DNA of 64,000 nucleotides from Lytechinus pictus (Eukaryota): NCBI RefSeq assembly GCF_037042905.1, contig NC_087252.1, positions 9,054,001 to 9,118,000 of the forward strand, read 5' to 3'. Shown piece by piece: positions 29,074 to 40,396 of this stretch (position 1 is its first letter; each line of letters starts with the position of its first letter). The notes under the pieces were generated by a model. It saw only the letters and a program-made list of their open reading frames with translations, ran no database searches and was not told where the DNA came from. The position numbers and the translations under genes were made by a program.

Positions 29074-29176
29074 TATATAACAAGCTTCCAATCCATACCT
29101 GTACCAGTTCAACCTCCGACTAGCATTCAAACAGTTCATCAACAGATTACTCGTCATCACTTCTTTGCCCATTCCG
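29074..29176 (+). promoter_or_regulatory. Putative core promoter and non-coding first exon of paralogue 1 (intron 29177-31325)
   Basis: TATATAA at ~29074, Inr-like CCAGTTC ~30 nt later, donor CG|GTAAGT at 29176/77. Sequence is homologous to the region before the donor at 37244/45 (cattcaaacagttcatcaacagattactc vs caatcaaatagttcatccatctgatcactc). Confidence 0.6.
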
Positions 29177-29203
29177 GTAAGTGTTTCTTGTTAGTTCATA
29201 CAT

Positions 29204-29209
29204 ACACAT

Positions 29210-29271
<62 letters not shown>

Positions 29272-29311
29272 GCTGAATTATTTACAAGTATATATATATA
29301 TATATATATAT
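29204..29311. repeat. (CA)n/(TA)n microsatellite
   Basis: Direct reading of the sequence. Confidence 0.95.
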
Positions 29312-29921
29312 AAATGTGTGAAAGTATACATGTACAACAACTTTGGCAACTCTTTTATTGAAACATTTTGTGAAAGGAATGGATGAAGAGAACAATAGTA
29401 GGCGTAGCTTAAATCAAGGTTCCCCAGAGCTATCTGCCCTTTTGGAAAAATAGGTAATGCCGAAAAAATGTCTCTGCCGGGAATCGAACCCGGGCCCCCA
29501 GCTTTGAACGCCGGTGCCTTAACCACTGTTAATGTTTCAATAAAAGAGTTGCCAAAGTTGTTGTACATGTATACTTTCACACATTTGTATGCTTTCTCCC
29601 ATACGTGTACTGTATCAAAGCAAAAGCTTTGATCCAGCTGAGGCATGGCGGCTTGTCATTGTTCAAAACCCACCTACACCCGACAAAGGAAATAATAATT
29701 GGTATAGTGTCGAAAATCTGTCTATCTGACGGTCAGTCGGATCGGGGTCACCCTAGCCACTAACCCGTCTCTGTGGTCTAGTGGTTAAGGCACCGACGTT
29801 CAAAGCTGGGGGCCCGGGTTCGATTCCCGGCAGAGACATTTTTTCGGCATTACCTATTTTTCCAAAAGGGCAGATAGCTCTGGGGAACCTTGATTTAAGC
29901 TACGCCTACCATTGTTCTCTT
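29312..29921. mobile_element. tRNA-containing repeat element with inverted partial duplication, embedded in (TA)n
   Basis: 29312-29367 is the reverse complement of 29531-29586, and 29387-29527 is the reverse complement of 29780-29920 (2 mismatches). Flanked by TA repeats on both sides. A degenerate minus-strand copy lies at ~47905-48075. Confidence 0.75.
29767..29838 (+). tRNA. 72-nt tRNA-like gene (tRNA-Glu-like body) with nominal anticodon TCA; probably repeat-borne / pseudo-tRNA
   Basis: Acceptor GTCTCTG/CAGAGAC; D arm GTCT-AGTGGTTA-AGGC; anticodon arm CCGAC-GTTCAAA-GCTGG (one mismatch); variable loop GGGC; T arm CCGGG-TTCGATT-CCCGG; discriminator A; T6 Pol III terminator at 29839-44. Confidence 0.6.
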
Positions 29922-31340
29922 TATATATATATTTGTGTGTGTGTGTGTGTGAGGGAGGGTGGGTGTGAAGGTGTGTGTGTAATAGGGTAATGATTTTGTA
30001 CATATAAAATATGAAATTTAAAATATTAAATTTTCATTAATTTCTGCAAAATAATCCTTTTTTTTCTCAGTACGGCATTTGGTATTTCGTAATACAAAAA
30101 GTGCTTAAACTGACCCCGTTCATGTTATGAATATCAATCAAAATTGGGGCTTACGTTTTGCACTTGGTATATTGTTTCTTAATAAGATACGCATCGTATC
30201 CATGCCTATATTAGAATGTTTTCAAATTGCAGCTCGAGTTTCATGCTCTCATCATTTGTTTAATGAAATACCTGTATGTCCTAGGTATATAACCTGTTCG
30301 AGATTATAATGTATGCTCATATGCATCCTTTTCAGATCAGTTAATGAAAACAAAATCATCCGTGCTTTATCGCGCTCGAATGATTTCTTTATACCTCAGT
30401 CATATTTTCTCTACGGCCGGCGTACGGCGGCAGTGAATACCTTAATTCGAGAGATGCCTGCGGCGGCCGCAGGGTCGACGTACGGCGGATTCCCTACAGG
30501 TCGTAGGGGTGGCCTCAGAATTATAGCGTAAAATTATAGTATTTTTCATTTCTAAGCTCGCCGTAAAAATTAGACTAGCCGTAGCCATGGCAGAAGCGGT
30601 CCTACGTCGAGCGTACGTTGGTCGTGCGGCGCCCCTGTGGTCGAATGGTGCTCGTCTTCCCTCCTTTCCCCTTCTCCTTTGGTTTTCTCTGCTTGGGAGC
30701 ATGGACGGAAATCTGTCCCCAAAGGTAGGGGAAACGAAGGGCTAGAAAAATTGGCAAGCAAGAAAGCAAAATAGTAAAAATGCAAGGTCATTCAGTCCAA
30801 AATACATGTATTATTTCCATTTTGAATGATGTCTTTTCTCCATCATATTAAGAGACCCATAATAGTAGGGGGACATTTGATATTGTGTCCCCCTCCCCCT
30901 ACTTTTTCGATAATACATTACGGTTTGTTCTCTGCAATATACATGCATGTCAAATAAAATGAAATCTCCCTTTAGAAAACAAAAATGCAGAAAAATACAC
31001 TCTTTTGGATCCTTATTATATTATGTTCTCTTTAAATTTTAGTTAATGGGTGGGGACCTAGTTCGCCCACGTCCCGTCCAGTTCACCCCCATTCTTTATA
31101 GAAAAAAAAAGAGTTTTCGCAATTGCAACAGCGCGGCTTCGGTAACTCAGTAAATGTATAGAAAAGGTCCGTCAAGTGAAAATTAGTAGCATGGAGGACA
31201 GTCGTTTGTCCATAGTCTAGGAAGAAATTGTTGTTTTGATTCACCAATCTTGGCCCCGCCCTAACTTGATATGCAATGAGAAGTTCAGGTGAATAATAAT
31301 CTTCATTGTTTTCATTCTTGCCTAGATTATAACGAAAGAC

Positions 31341-32357
31341 ATGGCTGTTTCTCTGAACGAAGATAATACAAAAAAATGTCTTCAAACCTTGGAAGAAAGC
31401 CTCTCAGAGATGCCCTTGAACATGCGGCTTTTCTCACTCGCGATGCGTTCTTTGTATGCTGACAAAGCAGTTGGAGGGGACAGCAAAGCTGCCGAGGACT
31501 TCCGAAAGCTCCGTGACAACACACGTGACGACGCAATGGTCTACCTAAAAGGAGTGCTTCCGGTAGCCACCAAGTTCGTTTCCAACATCAGTGAGTTCTT
31601 CGAGTTTTACACTGCCCTTTCGTACGAAGAATGGTGCGAGATGTTGAAATATATTCAACAGCAAATAACCTGCTATAAGGGACTTGCTAAGGTCCTTGTC
31701 AAAATGCACGAAGATGTGCTGGTACCGCTGAAGAAAAGACAAGACGAAGCCACAGTGATTGTCAAGTCACTCCAAAACCTTCAAGAGGTGTACGACAAGA
31801 AAAGAAAAGAACTCGAAAGTTCCTCCAGTATGAAGAATGCGTGGGCAATTGGGCTTTTATTTGTTCCCTTTATAAACGTTATAGCAGTCCCATTGCTAGC
31901 TGTGTCCGCAAGCACTGACCTTGCAGAAGCAGTCGCTACAGGAGAAGAGGGTGACATCCAAGCAAGAGCCGCCATAGCAATCAAGGAATGTCTCGTCCCT
32001 GCCCTCAAAAACTTAATCGATGGTCTTGAGGCTGCAGCCGGTTTCTTTTCTGTCATGGAGAATGAGCTGGCGAAGTTTGAGGGCAAAGCCAACGAAGCCT
32101 TAGAAAACAAACTGATGCTGCATTACAAGTTGATGAAGAAAGAAGCCGAAAAGATGGATGGGCTGTGCATGAAATTCCACGCTGTTCTACCGGCCGTCCG
32201 TACTGATTTTCTCGCCATCCCTACGACTGGAACCGACAAGTCCTACGTCGATAAGTGGCTTGAAGAGCAGAAGAAGGACATCATAAGAAAGCTAAAAGAA
32301 AATGCTGTTGGTGTCTTGAAAGCCCTCCTAAAGCATGACCCTGCTTCTGAAAAGTAA
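31341..32357 (+). CDS. Uncharacterised 338-aa helical/coiled-coil protein with central hydrophobic hairpin (paralogue 1); candidate alpha-pore-forming/membrane-active protein
   Basis: 1017-nt intact ORF, GC-richer than its flanks. ~85% identical paralogue at 41504 with many synonymous changes and no indels. Splice acceptor (ttttcattcttgcctAG) ends 15 nt before the ATG. AATAAA at 32852. Hydrophobic stretch WAIGLLFVPFINVIAVPLLAVSA at aa ~168-190. The coding call is strong; the function is inferred. Confidence 0.9.
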   Translation: MAVSLNEDNTKKCLQTLEESLSEMPLNMRLFSLAMRSLYADKAVGGDSKAAEDFRKLRDNTRDDAMVYLKGVLPVATKFVSNISEFFEFYTALSYEEWCEMLKYIQQQITCYKGLAKVLVKMHEDVLVPLKKRQDEATVIVKSLQNLQEVYDKKRKELESSSSMKNAWAIGLLFVPFINVIAVPLLAVSASTDLAEAVATGEEGDIQARAAIAIKECLVPALKNLIDGLEAAAGFFSVMENELAKFEGKANEALENKLMLHYKLMKKEAEKMDGLCMKFHAVLPAVRTDFLAIPTTGTDKSYVDKWLEEQKKDIIRKLKENAVGVLKALLKHDPASEK

Positions 32358-34396
32358 AATAGACGAAGTAGAACGGAATATCACGCGCTGATATAAAATC
32401 ATCAACAGGGCCTATATTACTTTTGAACATGATGTCAAAATACATCAGGAATTCATGTTTTTGTACTAAAAATGTCAAGGGTTTCTAGTTTGAAACTGTT
32501 TAGAAACTTTGTCCCATATTGGTGCATCTGGCCTCCTCGAAATTTTTGGCCCATTGCATAACTCAAAACATGACAGTGCACCTGTGATTTCCTGGGGAGA
32601 ATGTGGCAAAACAGATCAGTCCGTTTCAAATCTTGCTCTCTTTGAGCTGCATTCAAAACATACTGTTTGAAGTTGCAAATATTTGTATATATTATGTCGC
32701 TTTACATCGCATCGTATTTCATAATGATAAACTAAATCAGTTTGGTTTAATACAGACCAAAACATGCTGGTATATGCTAGAGGCCCCTTCTATACAAAAG
32801 AATTACAAACATTTCATATTATTTTGCTGAAGTGTCTAAGATTTGTATTAAAATAAAACACGGTTGTTTTTCTTTCATTTCTTAACATATAATGTTTTGA
32901 AGGTTTACTTGGTGTTATTGAGAATATAAAAGATAATGCTTTATCAAATCATGTGATAATTTTGATAAAAATATGATTTACACTAATCGTAAACTGGGGA
33001 GTGTTCCCACATGTAGGTAAATACGCACGAAATACATTGACGCTGCACCATACTAAATTGAAAATGTTTCCCTGTCGTATGTTAATGTCGTAAGTCAATC
33101 ATATTTTAGTTTTTATTTTATTACATTTAACTCCATGTCACTTCCCTTTTTCATTTTTTTTCTTTCACTGATCTTCACCCATCAAAGTCAATTGACAAAA
33201 AAAATCAAATATAAGGTTATCTTGCGACAAAGCTCCATTTGGATTAATGATTAATAAATATAGTATTTAATAATTATAAATGATAATAATAAGAATAATA
33301 GTTATAATAATAATAATAATAATGATAATAATAATAATAGGAAAATTATAATTTTATGAACAATAGCAATAATGATATCAGTAAATAGTAATGGTAAATT
33401 AATAATAATACAATTATGAAAAATATTATTGTCATTTGAAGAAAAAAGTCATAAAGCAGATAGGTTTTTAATAATTCACATCTTGTTTTTTTTTTTTTTT
33501 TTTTTTTTTGTGTTGCATATATAATTATCCGATAAACTTTATATAGCTGTACCCTTATTTTTTCTAAGAATAGACGCAGAGATGTTTTATTTCTGTATTC
33601 ACATGATTTCACAAACATGTGGATCTATATAGAGACATAAGCGGTATAACCTTTTTTCTACATTTCTTTCTATTACATGACGTATTTTATTACTGTTCGG
33701 TGTTGGGCATGTTTCGGTATATAGTTTAAAAAATATAAGTAAAAATAATTGGTTTCTGCATGTATTTATGGGTCAATGGGTTACGTTTTTACGAATAATT
33801 TTACGAAAAATGATGCAATGATCAAAGAACTTTATTTTCCTTCCTTTGTTATAATTGATGTATACTTTAGTTTGTACTCTATTTACTATGTATGGGAAAA
33901 ATGTAATCTAAATAAAGGCTAAAAAAAACTCTGGAACTAAAACCTACAATTTGTGGTCCCATTTCATGCTTTCGTCTACCTGTCTTGGTTGGTAAATCAC
34001 AATCGTCAATCATTTTAACTTGTATTTATCACCTCTTTCTGTAAATTCACTAAATTGATATACATGATCGCCTAATTTGGGTAGATTTAACAATTTATTG
34101 CAAAACTGTAAGATATGTTAATTGTTCTTGCAATGTCCCTGGCTTACATATTGGTGACTTTGTTGACTTCTCTATCGGTTACATGTTGAAAAGTACATTT
34201 TCTAGTTTGAATCAAAAGAAAACTGTGATGAATATAGGCTTACATTATTATGGAATTCTTTGTTATTTCCTCAACAGTGGTGTACCAAGTGGGGGCAGGG
34301 GCAGTCTGCCCCGCCGCCCCCCCCCCTCCCCTCCCTTCTGGCGGATTTATCCGGGGGGGGGCAGGACAAGGGGAAGAGGGAGAGAGAAAGCAATTC

Positions 34397-34528
<132 letters not shown>

Positions 34529-35891
34529 CGGAAGGAAGGAGAGAAAGAAAGAAACAGGAAGGAGATAAAGAAAGTAAGTAAGAAAGAAAGAACAAAAAAG
34601 AAAGAGAAAGGGAACGAAAGGAAGAAACAGAGGAATGAGGGGGAAAGAAAGAACATAAAGAGGAGAAAGGTAAAACGGGAGCAAAGGGGGTAAAGGAAGG
34701 AAAGAACAAATTATCCTGAAATACTATTATAAGAGTGAGAAACGGGAAATAAATTAAGATTTGGCAAAATGGCAACATTTATTACGGGAAAGGAAAAGAA
34801 AATAGGCACCAAAAAAAGCGGATATGAAGGTAGAATGGAACGAGCTAAAATGCTATGTGAAATTTGAGTTAAAAAATGAAGAAAAAAAAACAAGGCCGGG
34901 AAAAAATAAGAACATGGCCGGGCTGCCAATTAGAAATAAAGAACGAGAAGAAAGAATGGAATAGCGAATGTATATGAATTAGTCTTATCATGCTTTTAGG
35001 CTTGCCGCAATCAGGACCCCCCAAAAAATATTAAAATTAGAAAGGTTCAACAGGTACCGCCAAAACATTGCCTATCTCCCTAGCTATGGACCTTCATCCT
35101 AGGTCCATACATAGACATAGACATAGACATACATAGAAGACATAGACATGCCCATTTAATGACATAATTTCCATTTCAGAAAGCCTAAAATTTTCTCGCT
35201 CGTGAAAAGGAAATATAGCTCACTAATCGAACGATATAAGGCGAATCACAAGCAGAAAATAGTTGATGCTAAGACGTGAAAAGTGAAGATGTAAAGGTTT
35301 TAATGGCAAACAGTGCCCCTTTCTCACTTAACAGATAATACAAGCGCGAGGCGCGGGCAGAAATTCTGTATAGGCTGCACTGACCTAGAAGGAAAGTTTT
35401 AAACACTGTTCGGGAAGTAAAAAAAAAGAATCATGAAGAGGATACGTACGACAGTAAATGAATAATGTCAGCGAAAAGCTCCAGCTGATTTATTTTTCAG
35501 ATAAAGATGGGCATTAAATAGTTAACGCGGTCGCGAGGCATAATATTGAATATTTTATATAGTGACATGCAAAAGGAATATCTAAAGGACTCTTTTCAAG
35601 AATTCACAACTGAAATAATGCGAGCGCGAAGCGCGAGCCTTAGTTTTTTTTTTACATTTAGACCTGAAAAGAATCGTTTCAAGCATCGTTACACATTTAG
35701 AAAAGTCAATATGCGGATATTTTTGTCAGTAAATAAACCAACTGAAATACAAGACCTCGAAATATTTTTGGACGGACATCACATGGCCAATTTTGTCCCC
35801 CACCCTTAAATTTGGGAGAAACCTCTCTCCCTATCCCCTAGTCTCACACCCGTGGTGTTTTGATAGGACAACATGTAGGTAATCAAAGTTA

Positions 35892-36047
35892 TACCTCGGT
35901 CAAATTTGGTCTACGGCGGCCGTACGTACAGCGAGTCAGAAACAGCCGTTTTAACAAATTGTAATAATGTTATGAATTAAAATAATGAATAAAACAGCTC
36001 TTTTCGACTCGCCGTACAATCGCCGTAGAGCAAATGTGACCAAGGTA
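35892..36047. mobile_element. 156-bp MITE with TTA target duplication (PIF/Harbinger, Tourist-like); a related left end lies at ~30392
   Basis: TTA + TACCTCGGTCAAATTTGGTCTACGGCG ... CGCCGTAGAGCAAATGTGACCAAGGTA + TTA. Confidence 0.75.
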
Positions 36048-36101
36048 TTACGGGTGTTGAACTCATAGAACATTTTGATTTCGTTACATACTCTTATAGG
36101 G

Positions 36102-36544
36102 CAGGGGCGGATCAAGGAATTCCCAAAAGGGGGGGCACATTTTCCAAAGGAAAATTTGATAAGCAAAAAAAAAGGGGGGGTTCACTAGAAAATCTAGAAA
36201 ATAAAGGTCATATTATTTGTCCCGCGTTAAATTTCACAAGCCAAAGGAAATTTGATAAGCCCAAAAAAGGGGGGGGGGGGTTCACTAGAAAATCTAGAAA
36301 ATAAAGGTCATATATTTGTCCTGCGTTAAATTTCACAAGCAAAAACTAAAAATTTGTTTCAATAAAAAGCCCCCGACAAATTCCCAATTCCCAATATTTG
36401 GTGAGACTCTCAAAGGGGAGGGGGGCTACTGGTGTATGAACGATATATTTACATTAAAAATGTTGACTATGACACACAAAAGGGGCGGGTACGGCCGGGC
36501 CGGAAATGCCCCCCCCCCCCCCCCCCCACCTGAATCCGCCACTG
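36102..36544. mobile_element. hAT-like MITE with internal ~95-bp tandem duplication
   Basis: CAGGGGCGGATC ... GAATCCGCCACTG ends; imperfect 8-bp flanks ttataggg/atataggt; duplication 36147-36241 / 36244-36340. A diverged relative lies at ~37397-37613. Confidence 0.65.
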
Positions 36545-36587
36545 ATATAGGTATTACAATAAACACATTTGCTCATAAGCATATCAA

Positions 36588-36961
36588 GGGAAAAAATCCT
36601 AATTTCTTTTAACTTCATGCTTGCCGATTATATAGAGACGTTAAGTTTACGTGAAACGTAATGTTGTGATATTATATACATGCCGCTCTTTCTTTTCTTT
36701 TCTTTTGATCAAAATAAATTATGGTTATTTGATATAATCTGGTGTATTTGCGAAGATTTCCCCAAATTCAAACAAACTTTTACGTGGGGATTCACAGAAA
36801 ACCAAGAAACAACTATATGTAGTTTTACCAGGAATTGTGGGAATTTCCCCAAGACGGGGTTTTACCAACTTCAAATAGGCGCTCACAATCATATGACAAC
36901 TAATATTGGCAGGTATTTATGGTGGGTATTACCAAAGCTATAATGACTTGTGGGGATTTGC
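36588..36961. promoter_or_regulatory. Cluster of NF-kB/Rel-like sites upstream of paralogue 2
   Basis: GGGAATTTCCCC (36839-50, canonical on both strands), GGGGATTCAC (36786), GGGGTTTTAC (36856), GGGGATTTGC (36952), AAGATTTCCCC (36753), GGGAAAAAATCC (36588). Confidence 0.55.
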
Positions 36962-37083
36962 CACTTGTATATTGATATCTTAAAGAAGGCTTTAAAAACT
37001 AGTATGGCCTGTATTATACTCAGCATTTTCAACCAAGAAGCTCGATCAGCAGGTCCGGCGGTGTCCTGAACAAATATTCTGTC

Positions 37084-37244
37084 CAATCACGTTCTCATTC
37101 AAATGACATTCAAAGTACAGATTTAAAATTGGTCACAGTACAAGAAGGACTTCTTCAAATCTTGGTACCATTTCGGATTGAAACGCAATCAAATAGTTCA
37201 TCCATCTGATCACTCTAGCTGAAGATACTGAACTCGTCATTTCG
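37084..37244 (+). promoter_or_regulatory. Putative proximal promoter and non-coding first exon of paralogue 2 (intron 37245-41488)
   Basis: CCAATCA at 37084, Inr-like CCATTTC at ~37168, donor CG|GTAAGT at 37244/45, homology to 29000-29176. Confidence 0.6.
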
Positions 37245-37870
37245 GTAAGTAATATTTTGCTATTGATTTATTCATTTTTTTATTTTCTAATATTATTCCT
37301 TCATTTTCAACATCCCCAATCGCCATGAGTTATTCAGACGTGTAATTCCTTTGGGATCCCTTTACCTTTCACAATAGATCCGCGTGTACTATAATAAGGA
37401 GCGGATCCCGGATTTCCCAGAAGGGGGAGGGGACATTTTGTTCAGAAAAAAAAATTGTCAAGCAAGAAAAAATAAGAAAAGGGTCCTTACCCCCTTATGC
37501 CCGACATTTTCCATCACGAATCATGATTTTGATGGATCTCAAAGGATGTCAGCACGGGTCGGAAATGCTTCCCCTCCCTACCCCCCCCCCCCCCCTCCAT
37601 TGATCCACCAATGTGCACAGGTTTGGTTCGCTATCCATTGACTCTTGACAAACCCAGACAACCGCCCAGTAATTCGTAATGTCTTGTTTCCTCTCCACGT
37701 ACGTCGTTCTACTTGCTTCCTTTATCGATTTACATTACTGTGTTAATTATCATGACCATGAGAAGCGGGGGTGATGGGGAGGGTTAGGATTTTTTTTTTT
37801 TGCTCGCCATATTTTTCCTGGAACAAACTCCCCTTCATGTTGTATCAATTTTTTTTTGCTTGCTTGTTAA

Positions 37871-38461
37871 AGGGATGGTCCGGGCTGAAAATATTTGTGT
37901 CTTTATACATAGAGTAGAATTCACTGAGCAAAATGCCGAAAATGTCATCAAAATCGGATATTAAATAATAAAGTTATTGAAGTTTAAAGTTTAGCGATAT
38001 TTTGTGAAAACAGTCGTCATAAATATTCATTAGGTGGACTGATGATGTCACATCCCCACTTTCCGTTTTCTTATGTTATTACATAAATACATATTTTTTT
38101 CATTATTTCAAACTTGTGTGAATAATATGTCTCCCTTATAATGAAATAAGTTGCAGCAATAAATATCTAATGCACTATTCAGTTGTCAACCCAATTTTTA
38201 TAGTTCTTGGAGGAAAACATTAGAATAAACCTAATTTCATATAATAACATACGAAAGAACAAGTGGGAATGTGACATCATCAGCCCACCTTTGAATATTC
38301 ATGACGACTGTTTTCACAAAATAATGCTCAATTTTAAAATTCAATAGTTGTTGTTATTTTTTATCCTATTTTGATGAAATTTTCGGCATTTTGCTCAGTG
38401 AATTTTTCTTTATTTATTATTAAAGCTATATATAGGCCTACTTTCAGCCCGGACCATCCCT
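37871..38461. mobile_element. 591-bp TTAA-target MITE (Kolobok-type)
   Basis: TTAA + AGGGATGGTCCGGGCTGAAA ... TTTCAGCCCGGACCATCCCT + TTAA; long imperfect inverted arms. Confidence 0.9.
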
Positions 38462-38948
38462 TTAAGAAAGCTTCCTTCACACCAATATACATTAAACAAA
38501 ATAAAAATAAATATGACTCCAAGTCGACCTAATATATGCCATTCTAAATTAATGTAATAATTGTTACTGTGATTAATTCGGCTCGTATGTGACTGTAGCA
38601 TAAAGTCATTAAAACATGATGCGAATCAATTTAAAGAGACATTATTTGCACGAAAATGTAGACGTGAAAGGATTTGATGTGCTAAGAAGTGTGTATTTGG
38701 TGGCTTAAAAATGTTTTCACTCAATAATGTACCGTTTCCACACGCGACGCGTGCCATATGTGTTTGGCATGCTTAGTACAGGCATATACGATCCTGGCAG
38801 CGGGGGCACAGCAACCCCCCCCCCCCACACACACACACACACACGCACACGCACACTTTTTAAAACACGAAAACAGTGCAAAAACTGTCCCTCTTTATCA
38901 CCCAAATGTCCCCGACAAACGTGCTCGGTGCCTTTCGTCTTTTCATGA

Positions 38949-39866
38949 AAGGCTAAATCAACCCCAGACAAATCTTGATTTGAATCAATAAAGAAAATAA
39001 ACAATTATAACACTGAAAATTTCATCAAAATCGGATGTAAGATAAGAAAATTTCCTTTATTTTTCACCAAACACAAAGAGTGGCGTAGAGATGCGTGAGA
39101 TGGGGGGGCTTCCCCCCCCCCCCCCCCCCAAAAAAAAAAAAAAAAAAATCACGACCGAGGACAAAAAACAAAAGGAAAGACAGAAGGGTGAATTATAATA
39201 TCATCTGATATTTTTCGTAATAAAAATGTTAACATTTTTGCTCGCTCGCTTCGCTTGCTATCATTTTTTTTTGCCCGATATCTGGTACCCTTAAAATATT
39301 TGGCTTATTACGCCATTGCACGCATATAAAGAGAGTAAATGATATCCCTCACTCTTTGTTTTTTTTCTATTGTTTTGAATATACAATATTCCTTTTTTAC
39401 ATATTTGACAAAAAAGACCAACTTGACTGAGCGATAAAATGTTTAAACAGTAGTAATTTCACATGTTCAGGGAGGAATAAAACTTCCTTTCACAGGACCA
39501 TGAGGAAAAAATTAGAATATTTCATACGAAAAAAAAAATAGTGAGTGACGTCATCAGTCCCTAAGCTTCATTTGCATGCTGACCAGGGGGCATGCAGTAA
39601 CATAAAGTTTAGCCAACAGTTTTTTTTACGATTGATTGCATTGACAAAAATGTACAATCAATTTCTACAATCAAGAGTACCATAATTCGCTAAACGTTGT
39701 CTTATGGGACCCAGGATGTACATAACTGTTTTACAGATTAAGCGAACCTTCAAAATGTGTTTTTTTATTTTCATTCGAATTTAAGGGACTTTTCGGTGTT
39801 ATGGTGATGTATTTTTCTCTTTTCATTCCAATATACTTTTTTTTTTAAGTTAGCCATATTCTTTAA
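38949..39866. mobile_element. Old MITE (family of 28042/57048) interrupted by younger insertions, including a GAGTGGCGTA...TACGCCATTG element at ~39078-39318
   Basis: Shared internal text with 57048-57753; nested hAT-like termini. Confidence 0.6.
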
Positions 39867-39981
39867 TTATCATTGCGACCCCTTAAAGAGCACCTTTATG
39901 GTACAGAGAAGGCTAATAATTAGACGAGTTTATTCAACTAACATCTTTCGTCTTAAAATGGGCACTTTGGCCTCTCATCTA

Positions 39982-40396
39982 AAGGCGACCGCACAGCTTA
40001 CGACTGGTCTGCGACCCGATTTTGGAACAAATCGCATTTTGCTCATTTTCTGAAGATGTGAATGGAATATATCATTTTATTTGAGGTTAAAATTGATTGA
40101 AATTATAATATTATAACCATTTTGAAAGATTGCAAGCCCTTATTTTGGAGTAAAGTCCAAATTAGTTTCAAATCGTAGCCAATCCTACTACTGCTATGAT
40201 GTCATTACGACTAGATATTAAATTCGCTTTTATTCTAAGAAGGATGATAACATAGTCACAAATTTGATCATAAGTATTCGTATGATGATTTAGAACATTA
40301 CACAGTAAGATATTCCAAGTCTCAATATTAGCAAATTCTACTACATTTTATTCAAAAATCGGGTCGCAGACCAGTCGTAAGGTGTGCGGTCGCCTT
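39982..40396. mobile_element. 415-bp MITE with ~45-bp TIRs, TA (or TWA) flanks
   Basis: AAGGCGACCGCACAGCTTACGACTGGTCTGCGACCCGATTTT ... AAAATCGGGTCGCAGACCAGTCGTAAGGTGTGCGGTCGCCTT. Confidence 0.85.

Noticed and set aside
29767..29838. Selenocysteine tRNA
   Set aside because: The anticodon is TCA, but it has a 7-bp acceptor stem, a 4-nt variable loop and a Glu-like body, not the long-arm 9/4 tRNA-Sec fold.
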